The notes under the pieces: model-generated | Databases searched by the model: none | What the model was told of the DNA's origin: nothing | Seen by the model: the letters and a program-made list of their open reading frames with translations, nothing else | Position numbers and translations under genes: made by a program | Shown here: in pieces, positions 18,755-26,298 of the stretch | How the letters are laid out: each line of letters starts with the position of its first letter | Numbering within the stretch: the stretch's first letter is position 1 | Assembly (NCBI RefSeq): GCF_000284115.1 | Contig: NC_017080.1 | Location: forward strand, 750,001-782,000 | DNA: 32,000 nt | Direction: 5' to 3' | DNA from: Phycisphaera mikurensis NBRC 102666 | GTDB lineage: Bacteria; Planctomycetota; Phycisphaerae; Phycisphaerales; Phycisphaeraceae

Positions 18755-21700
18755 TGGTCCACCATGAGCGGGTTGCCATGGTGCAGGGTGTTTCGATCCA
18801 CGCCCGCGTGGAGCGGGCGACACGAAGCGCTGCGAGAGCTGACGGCTGGCCAGAAGTTTCGATCCACGCCCGCGTGGAGCGGGCGACTCCGTCCGGCCGC
18901 ACCTCCTCCGGCATCGAAGCGTTTCGATCCACGCCCGCGTGGAGCGGGCGACCCGCCGCCGCCGCAAGCGACCCGCTGCCTGCAGGTTTCGATCCACGCC
19001 CGCGTGGAGCGGGCGACGGCCTTGTCGACGCCGATCGTCTTGTGCTCGCTGTTTCGATCCACGCCCGCGTGGAGCGGGCGACGGCAGGGTCCGCCGCGGA
19101 AGGACCTCGACCCGGCGTTTCGATCCACGCCCGCGTGGAGCGGGCGACGCTGCTGCCGCCGCCGGTGCTGGCCCCGGTGCTGGCGTTTCGATCCACGCCC
19201 GCGTGGAGCGGGCGACCGGGGATCATGTCGATCAGCGGCGCGATAACCGGTTTCGATCCACGCCCGCGTGGAGCGGGCGACACGTCTACGTGGAGCGTTG
19301 CCCGCGAGGCTTTGCGTTTCGATCCACGCCCGCGTGGAGCGGGCGACCGGAATCCCGCTTCTCTTTGTCGCGTTGCTTATGTTTCGATCCACGCCCGCGT
19401 GGAGCGGGCGACTTGAGCAACGGGAAGCGCTCTTGCATCCGTGAGTGTTTCGATCCACGCCCGCGTGGAGCGGGCGACCGGTCGATCTTGATGCTGTGCA
19501 TCGGGGGCTCCTGTTTCGATCCACGCCCGCGTGGAGCGGGCGACGGAAGCCGGCGTCCGCCTCGACCTCGAAACAGTTGTTTCGATCCACGCCCGCGTGG
19601 AGCGGGCGACGTTCGAGGCGGTCGAGGCGTTTCTCTCGGAGATCGTTTCGATCTACGCCCGCGTGGAGCGGGCGACGGCAGCCAAGAAACCGGGTCGTAG
19701 GTGAGGGTCGCGTTTCGATCCACGCCCGCGTGGAGCGGGCGACCCTCAGTACCAGGCACCATCGGCCGGCTCAGACTGTTTCGATCCACGCCCGCGTGGA
19801 GCGGGCGACCTCGGATCGCGTCGAAGTCCTTGCGCGAGTCGATGTTTCGATCCACGCCCGCGTGGAGCGGGCGACCGCGGTCCACGCCGCTCGCCGCGAG
19901 CGCCTTCGTGTTTCGATCCACGCCCGCGTGGAGCGGGCGACCAACTCCGGGAAGCGTCGTTTGACTACGTACCCGTTTCGATCCACGCCCGCGTGGAGCG
20001 GGCGACGCGGCGGCGCCGAGTGCCGACCCGGCCGGCGTCGTTTCGATCCACGCCCGCGTGGAGCGGGCGACCGGTCGATGTGAGGAGAAGAAGGGGCTGG
20101 AGCGGTTTCGATCCACGCCCGCGTGGAGCGGGCGACCACCAGCGGCGGTCTAGGGACCCGAGACGCCGAGTTTCGATCCACGCCCGCGTGGAGCGGGCGA
20201 CGGGGGGTGCGACCGACCCGCGGTCGATGTGAGGAGTTTCGATCCACGCCCGCGTGGAGCGGGCGACCCCCGTGGATCGTCCGCGTCTCGGCGTTCACCG
20301 AGTTTCGATCCACGCCCGCGTGGAGCGGGCGAAGAACATCGTGATCCCGTCGACCACCCGCGACGGGTTTCGATCCACGCCCGCGTGGAGCGGGCGACCC
20401 TCGGGGATCGTCGCCGCCGCGTCCGTCGTGGTGTTTCGATCCACGCCCGCGTGGAGCGGGCGACGCTCATCAGCTTGAGCTGCGCGAACTCCATCTCGTT
20501 GTTTCGATCCACGCCCGCGTGGAGCGGGCGACGCCCCAGCGGCCGCCACCAAGTGTCGCCCCAGGCGTTTCGATCCACGCCCGCGTGGAGCGGGCGACCT
20601 GCTCACCCCCGCGGCGGAACGCTCCGCGGATGTTTCGATCCACGCCCGCGTGGAGCGGGCGACGTGGGCAGGTACGTCGGCGTCTCGCCCGGGCGGGCGT
20701 TTCGATCCACGCCCGCGTGGAGCGGGCGACCAGGGCGTGGGCGCCGGCCATGTCGTCGGCGATGTTTCGATCCACGCCCGCGTGGAGCGGGCGACGAGCT
20801 GCTGGGGCGGCCTCTGCGGTCGGTGGCCGAGTTTCGATCCACGCCCGCGTGGAGCGGGCGACATCAGACCGTCGGCGAGGTGCTCGCCCCCCAGCTGGTT
20901 TCGATCCACGCCCGCGTGGAGCGGGCGACCCGAGGCGCCGGTCGAGTTCGGCGGTCCAGACGGTTTCGATCCACGCCCGCGTGGAGCGGGCGACCCCCAG
21001 GGGCCGCGGCTGGGCGTGTTCACGCGGTGGTTTCGATCCACGCCCGCGTGGAGCGGGCGACGGATGCCGGGCAGGTCGCCGCCGCCGGGCTCGGTGTTTC
21101 GATCCACGCCCGCGTGGAGCGGGCGACCTGCTCACCCCCGCGGCGGAACGCCCCGCGGATGTTTCGATCCACGCCCGCGTGGAGCGGGCGACCGAACTCG
21201 AACGCCGCCGACTCGTCCGCGCTCGTGTTTCGATCCACGCCCGCGTGGAGCGGGCGACCCGTGCGGGTGCGGGGGGAGGGCGTGACGTCAGAGTTTCGAT
21301 CCACGCCCGCGTGGAGCGGGCGACCCCCGCCCGCGGCTCCAACGGTCGCCGGCGGCTTGTTTCGATCCACGCCCGCGTGGAGCGGGCGACGCGTCTGCGG
21401 GAGGTGCGGCCCGGCGGGCCGCTGTTTCGATCCACGCCCGCGTGGAGCGGGCGACCACGCGTGGGAGATGCGTGAGCGCGAGGTTGACGGTTTCGATCCA
21501 CGCCCGCGTGGAGCGGGCGACCCCGCCCCGGACCGGCCATGAGCCCCGGGGTTGGGTTTCGATCCACGCCCGCGTGGAGCGGGCGACCTCCCGGACCAGC
21601 TGGAGCACGGAACCAGCATCGTGTTTCGATCCACGCCCGCGTGGAGCGGGCGACGGGCCGAGCGCTGGTGGACCACGATCTACAGGGCGTTTCGATCCAC

Positions 21701-22772
21701 GCCCGCGTGGAGCGGGCGACCCGGCCCAAGGGCCAGTGAGCGGGGGACCGCTTGTTTCGATCCACGCCCGCGTGGAGCGGGCGACGGCCCGGATGGGCGA
21801 CTTCCTGCCCCGCCTGCGGTTTCGATCCACGCCCGCGTGGAGCGGGCGACGCCACGGTCCGCGGAACCGGCCGATCGGTGGACATGTTTCGATCCACGCC
21901 CGCGTGGAGCGGGCGACCCCCGCCCGCGGCTACACCGGTCGCCGGCGGCTTGTTTCGATCCACGCCCGCGTGGAGCGGGCGACCAGTACCAGGCACCATC
22001 GGCCGGCTCAGAGACTGTTTCGATCCACGCCCGCGTGGAGCGGGCGACGGGGGCCACGATGGCGCCGGAGCGCCGGAGAGAGTTTCGATCCACGCCCGCG
22101 TGGAGCGGGCGACCCGGGCGCGTAACTGGATCCGTCGCGGAAAACGTTTCGATCCACGCCCGCGTGGAGCGGGCGACAGACCAACCCGTAGTCGCTCGCG
22201 GCCTCGCTGGAGTTTCGATCCACGCCCGCGTGGAGCGGGCGACGCCCATGCGTCCAGGTCGTCGTCGTCCGGGACCGGTTTCGATCCACGCCCGCGTGGA
22301 GCGGGCGACGAGGGGCCATCGTCTTCCGCGCCGCCATCGTCAGTTTCGATCCACGCCCGCGTGGAGCGGGCGACCCTCTTGCTCTCGACAAGGCTCTCGA
22401 CGCCGCCGAGTTTCGATCCACGCCCGCGTGGAGCGGGCGACGTGATCGCGTGCCATTCCTCGCTCAACCTGCGGGTTTCGATCCACGCCCGCGTGGAGCG
22501 GGCGACGGCTGTAGGTGCATCCCACCGCCCACGCCGACGCGTTTCGATCCACGCCCGCGTGGAGCGGGCGACGCGCATCTCGTACCAGTCGCCGTTCGTC
22601 ACCCCGAAGTTTCGATCCACGCCCGCGTGGAGCGGGCGACGGTATGCGACCTTCCGGCCGCCGCGTGCCGGACAGTTTCGATCCACGCCCGCGTGGAGCG
22701 GGCGACAGACCAACCCGTAGTCGCTCGCGGCCTCGCTGGAGTTTCGATCCACGCCCGCGTGGAGCGGGCGAC
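18723..22772 (-). CRISPR. Type I-C CRISPR array: 61 full repeats plus 1 degenerate terminal repeat, 61 spacers
   Basis: + strand repeat GTTTCGATCCACGCCCGCGTGGAGCGGGCGAC (32 nt) at 18790, 18856, 18921 ... 22675, 22741, with 32-36 nt spacers. The reverse complement GTCGCCCGCTCCACGCGGGCGTGGATCGAAAC is the canonical I-C orientation, so transcription is on the - strand, collinear with cas. Counts made by hand. Confidence 0.99.
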
Positions 22773-22972
22773 GGCTCCATCCTAAGCGGTGGCTCAGGCG
22801 GAGTTTGAGGACGCGTTTCCGCGAACCTCGGTGCCCGCGCGGCCGGAGTCGAGCCGGCGGCGGGGGCGAGGGGACTCTTTGGCTGTCAGAGAGCGGCTCA
22901 GGGGGCTTCGCGAACCCACCCGGGTGCGGGTGCGCGCTGCGGGTTCGCGGAGGGAGGGGGCGGGCCTCGGAA
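22773..22972 (-). promoter_or_regulatory. CRISPR leader region between cas2 and the first repeat
   Basis: 200-bp non-coding gap between the cas2 stop (22973) and the leader-end repeat (ends 22772). The degenerate repeat at the opposite end supports leader polarity. Confidence 0.8.
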
Positions 22973-23263
22973 TCAGACGATGAGGGGGCCGTTGAGGTCG
23001 ACGGCGGCCTTGGCGCCGACGTGCTCGACGCGGCGCTGCCAGTTGGCGCCGAGAAAGTAGTAGCGGAGGCTGTCGACTTTCGGGTCGATGATCTTCTCCA
23101 ACCGATCCTTCAGCTCCACCCACTCGGAGGGGTCGACTTCGCACTCGAAGACCGAGTACTGCACGCGCTGGCCGCGGTTCAGGCAGCACTTGGCGACGCG
23201 GCGGAGGCGGCGGACGCCGGCCCTCGTGCTCGTCGCCACGTCGTAGGTCACGAGCACCATCAT
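22973..23263 (-). CDS. cas2: CRISPR-associated endonuclease Cas2
   Basis: MMVLVTYDVATSTRAGVRRLRRVAKCCLNRGQRVQYSVFECEVDPSEWVELKDRLEKIIDPKVDSLRYYFLG. Confidence 0.97.
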   Translation of the reverse strand: MMVLVTYDVATSTRAGVRRLRRVAKCCLNRGQRVQYSVFECEVDPSEWVELKDRLEKIIDPKVDSLRYYFLGANWQRRVEHVGAKAAVDLNGPLIV

Positions 23264-23301
23264 GGTCTGCGTCCGGGTTGGGGCAAGCGGCGGGCTCCGG
23301 T

Positions 23302-24351
23302 TCAGCGCCAGAGGAAGTCGGGGTAGGCGTCGTGGTCGCCGCGGAGGTGCCGGGCGAGCAGGCGGGCCTGGACGTGGGGCACGAGGCCCAGCTCGATCTT
23401 CTCGCCGATGAACGGGTGCATCAACTCGTCCCGCTTCCGCTCCTGGTAGGCGGTGAGCGCGGTGCGCCGGCCGGCCTCGGTGAGGAAGACGGCGCCCGAG
23501 GCGTGCGGCTCGAAGGAGCCGGCTTTGACCTGGCCGCGGTTGATGAGCGACAGCGTCAGCCGGTCGGCGAGCACGGGCCGCAGCGACTCCATCAGGTCCA
23601 GCGCGAGCGACGGCCGGCCGGGGCGGTCGCGGTGCAGGAAGCCGACGGCGGCGTCGAGCCCGGCGGCTTCGCAGGCGGAGCGGCAGTCGTGGGCGAGCAG
23701 CGTGTAGAGGAAGGACAGCAGGGCGTTGGTGCGGTTCAGCGGCGGGCGGCGGGAGCGCTTCTCGAAGCGGAAGGCGTCGCCGCCGGCCCGGATCAGGCCG
23801 TCGAAGGCGCGGAAGTAGGAGGCGCCGCTCTCGCCCTCGACGCCGCGGAGCCGGTCGAGCGAGGTGGCGGTCATGGCGAGGCGGGCGTCGTCGGCCATCC
23901 GCTGCGCGGTGGCCGCGGGGTCGGTCGGCCGCCCGGCGTCGGGCGTCGGATCTGCGGACGGGTGGTCGCGGGCGGCCCGCAGCAGCACGGTCCGCGTGTT
24001 GGCGATTTTGGCGGCGACGATCGGCCGGGCGATGAGCAGCGACGCTTCCTCCGAGTCCGCCCGCCGGTACTGCTCCCGCCGCAGCAGCACGTTCCCGGGG
24101 CTGAAGCCCTGGACCGCGGCGAGGAAGCGGCCGCGGCGGTCGAGCATGGAGAAGCGGACGCCGGCTCTCGCGCACGCCCCTTGCAGGAAGGGGCTGGCGG
24201 AGACCTGGCCGAAGGTCACGACGCCGTCGAGCTGGTGCAGCGGCACGCGGAGCGCGGTCTTCTTCTCGATGCGGACGACCACGGCGTCGCCCTCTTTGCG
24301 GAGGTACGCCCCCTGGGTCTGCACGAACAGCGTATTCAGGAGGCGCTTCAC
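23302..24351 (-). CDS. cas1: CRISPR-associated endonuclease Cas1 (type I-C)
   Basis: [48 protein letters not shown]...[57 protein letters not shown] start overlaps the cas4 TGA. Confidence 0.97.
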   Translation of the reverse strand: MKRLLNTLFVQTQGAYLRKEGDAVVVRIEKKTALRVPLHQLDGVVTFGQVSASPFLQGACARAGVRFSMLDRRGRFLAAVQGFSPGNVLLRREQYRRADSEEASLLIARPIVAAKIANTRTVLLRAARDHPSADPTPDAGRPTDPAATAQRMADDARLAMTATSLDRLRGVEGESGASYFRAFDGLIRAGGDAFRFEKRSRRPPLNRTNALLSFLYTLLAHDCRSACEAAGLDAAVGFLHRDRPGRPSLALDLMESLRPVLADRLTLSLINRGQVKAGSFEPHASGAVFLTEAGRRTALTAYQERKRDELMHPFIGEKIELGLVPHVQARLLARHLRGDHDAYPDFLWR

Positions 24352-25052
24352 GCGGAGCCCGCCTTCAGGCTCCGGGCCAGCTCCCGGTCGAAGCGGGCGG
24401 CGGCGGAGCCGTCGCGGCCACCCTGCTTGGGCATGCACACGCGGATGAGCGAGCAGCGGTCGCACTTCGCGCTCTCGTACACCGCGGCGGGCGTGCGGCC
24501 CGATCCGAGCAGTTCGTGCAACCGGGCGGCGGTCGCGGCGGTGAGCGTGCGGAGGCGCAGATCGAAGACGACCGGCTCGCGCCGGCGAACCTTCCCGTAG
24601 AAGAGGTGGCCGGAGGCGATCTCCAGCCCGAGCATCTCCTCCAGGCACAGCGCCTGGGCGCACAGCTGCACGCGGTCGGCCTGGTGCGCCTTGGGCTTGC
24701 CCCGCTTGTACTCCACCGGGCGGACCGCCCCCGGAGCGGCAGTGGCTCCGGAACCCTCGGCGGGGTCGTCGAACTCCACCACGTCGGCCTGGCCGATGAG
24801 CCCGTGCTCGAAGGAGCGGAGCGGCAGCCCGCGGGTGGTGCGTCGGCCGGGTCCGCCGTCTCGGCCGGGCCGGTGCTCCTTGGCTGTGTCGTCGTGCGCC
24901 TTCTCGTGCAGCACGCGGCCCTCGGCGGTGAGGCGGTTCTCCTCCCACTCCTGCTCGTTGTGGATGAGCGCGCACTGGCGGGGGCAGAAGAAGAGGTGCT
25001 GGAGGGCGGAGATGGGCCGGAGGTCGGCTTCGGCGAAGGAGGTGCTTGCCAT
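24348..25052 (-). CDS. cas4: CRISPR-associated Cas4 exonuclease
   Basis: [26 protein letters not shown]...[28 protein letters not shown]...[17 protein letters not shown] (Fe-S cysteines, RecB-like motifs). Confidence 0.95.
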   Translation of the reverse strand: MASTSFAEADLRPISALQHLFFCPRQCALIHNEQEWEENRLTAEGRVLHEKAHDDTAKEHRPGRDGGPGRRTTRGLPLRSFEHGLIGQADVVEFDDPAEGSGATAAPGAVRPVEYKRGKPKAHQADRVQLCAQALCLEEMLGLEIASGHLFYGKVRRREPVVFDLRLRTLTAATAARLHELLGSGRTPAAVYESAKCDRCSLIRVCMPKQGGRDGSAAARFDRELARSLKAGSA

Positions 25053-25080
25053 CCCGGAGTCACGCAGCTACGGTAGCAGC

Positions 25081-25311
25081 ATGCTGATACCAGCCAGTAA
25101 AGTGAAAGAAGCCAACGACCTTGACCCCGCTCTCCTGGGAGCCTTCCGAGAGATGGGAGTTGGAGTCGAGACCATCGTTCATGACGTGAAAGCGTCACAC
25201 ACACTGTCGGATCGGGTTGCCGCTCGGCTCGGGGGAATCCACCTCCCGGTGGACCTGCTGATTGAGAGGCTCCTCGATCTCAATTCTCGCGGCTTTCTCC
25301 GAGGTAGTTAA
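25081..25311 (+). CDS. Small hypothetical protein (76 aa, or 52 aa from the ATG at 25153) antisense to the cas operon
   Basis: MLIPASKVKEANDLDPALLGAFREMGVGVETIVHDVKASHTLSDRVAARLGGIHLPVDLLIERLLDLNSRGFLRGS. It fills the cas4-cas7 gap. No strong RBS at 25081; an AG-rich stretch (CCGAGAG) precedes the ATG at 25153. Confidence 0.4.
   Translation: MLIPASKVKEANDLDPALLGAFREMGVGVETIVHDVKASHTLSDRVAARLGGIHLPVDLLIERLLDLNSRGFLRGS
25083..25106 (-). promoter_or_regulatory. Candidate Cascade target: PAM TTC (25106-25104) plus partial protospacer ACTTTACTGGCTGGTATCAGC (25103-25083)
   Basis: Matches pseudo-spacer positions 1-5, 7-11, 14 and 18-21. It lies 31-54 nt upstream of the cas4 ATG and contains a possible + strand -10 TAAAGT (25098-25103). 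Confidence 0.6.
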
Positions 25312-25314
25312 GAG

Positions 25315-25373
25315 GTCGCCCGAGGGCGTGGATTGAAATACTTTGCTGGCGAGACGCAGCAAGATCCGGTCTT
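25315..25373 (+). ncRNA. Candidate CreA/CreR-like guide RNA: truncated I-C repeat (25315-25339) plus pseudo-spacer (25340-25373)
   Basis: GTCGCCCGAGGGCGTGGATTGAAAT aligned to GTCGCCCGCTCCACGCGGGCGTGGATCGAAAC: the first 8 nt are identical, 7 nt are deleted, and 14 of the last 16 are identical. It is followed by ACTTTGCTGGCGAGACGCAGC..., partly complementary to a site 240 bp away. Confidence 0.65.
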
Positions 25374-25395
25374 CGGCATCTCGCTGGAGGCCGGC

Positions 25396-26298
25396 TTACT
25401 CGGCAACCCATCGCTCCACGCTGACGCCCTCGGGCAGGTCGGCCTCGTCGACCGTGAGCTCGAAGTCCGCGAAGCGGCGGGCGGGCTCGGCGGCGTTGGG
25501 GTCTCTCCGCTTCGCCTCCACGCGGCGGAAGAGCTGGTCAGCCCGCGCGTTGCCCAGGCGGTGCTCGTGGCGGAAGGCGATGCAGGCCCGCGGGGCCATC
25601 GTGCCGCGGGCGGCGGAGCGGTCGTGCTCGAACATCTGGTCGAGGGCACGCTTGAAGAGGTTGAGGTCGTCTTCGCTGAAGCCGGTCTGCTGGGCGAGCG
25701 GGGCGTTGACGAAGCCGTGGACGCGGTAGAGGGCGTAGGGCACGGTGAACTTGCGGCCCATGGTGCGGTTGTCACCGTCTTGAGCGGCCGACTCCTTCTC
25801 GGTGGTGACGGCGCAGCGGGTGACGGCGTGCTCGGCGGGCACGATGGGCTCCAGGCTCCGGGCGATGCCCAGCTGCACGGGGCCGCGGACCTGGCCGCAG
25901 TTGACGCCGGTGGTCATGACGGCCCCGAAGGTGCGGATGTCGTAGAAGTTCTTGCACATCCACGCGGTGAGCTCGCGGTCCTTGGCCGCCTTCTCGTCGC
26001 CCTTGTCCTTCCGCTTCTTGGCGTCGACCGAAACGTCAAGTGCCTTGTAAGCCCGCTCGTGCTGCTGGTTGAGGATCGCCTTCTCCCGCACGTAGATCTC
26101 GTGCGGCGGCTCACCCTCGTGAACCAGCTGCACGTAGTTGCGGACCTTCCGCTTGAGGCAGACGTCGGTGACGAGGCCGTGGCCGGTCTCGGGGTCGACG
26201 CGCGGCAGGTTCCCGGCGTCGGGGTCGCCGTTGGGGTTGCCGTCGGTGACGTCGAAGAAGTAGGCGAAGTCGTAGCGGTGGGCGAGGGGTTCAGGCAT
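25396..26298 (-). CDS. cas7c: Type I-C Cascade subunit Cas7c (Csd2)
   Basis: [58 protein letters not shown] is the classical Csd2 N-terminus. Confidence 0.97.
   Translation of the reverse strand: MPEPLAHRYDFAYFFDVTDGNPNGDPDAGNLPRVDPETGHGLVTDVCLKRKVRNYVQLVHEGEPPHEIYVREKAILNQQHERAYKALDVSVDAKKRKDKGDEKAAKDRELTAWMCKNFYDIRTFGAVMTTGVNCGQVRGPVQLGIARSLEPIVPAEHAVTRCAVTTEKESAAQDGDNRTMGRKFTVPYALYRVHGFVNAPLAQQTGFSEDDLNLFKRALDQMFEHDRSAARGTMAPRACIAFRHEHRLGNARADQLFRRVEAKRRDPNAAEPARRFADFELTVDEADLPEGVSVERWVAE

Noticed and set aside
19018-19544. CGGTCGAT shared by spacer 19479-19512 and the 20072/20202 spacer pair
   Set aside because: Only 8-10 nt of GC-rich similarity; not enough to claim a common target.
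18568-22808. Many long ORFs across 18.57-22.8 kb on both strands (e.g. 20229..21542 +, 20470..22752 -)
   Set aside because: They are translations of CRISPR repeats (FRSTPAWSGR, VSIHARVERAT, FDPRPRGAGD; reverse SPAPRGRGSK, RPLHAGVDRN, VARSTRAWIET) with spacers between. The repeat has no stops in several frames, so they are artefacts and not repeat proteins.
22973-24175. 400-aa - strand ORF starting [16 protein letters not shown]
   Set aside because: Only the C-terminal 96 codons are real (Cas2, from 23263). The upstream part is an out-of-frame reading through cas1 in high-GC DNA.
23278-24600. 440-aa + strand ORF opposite cas1/cas4
   Set aside because: Antisense high-GC shadow ORF with low-complexity composition. 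Cas1 and Cas4 on the other strand have clear family motifs.
25315-25373. Pseudo-repeat as an orphan second CRISPR array
   Set aside because: Only one truncated repeat copy, with no second repeat downstream. The short seed match to a nearby PAM-flanked site suits a regulatory guide better than a defence spacer.
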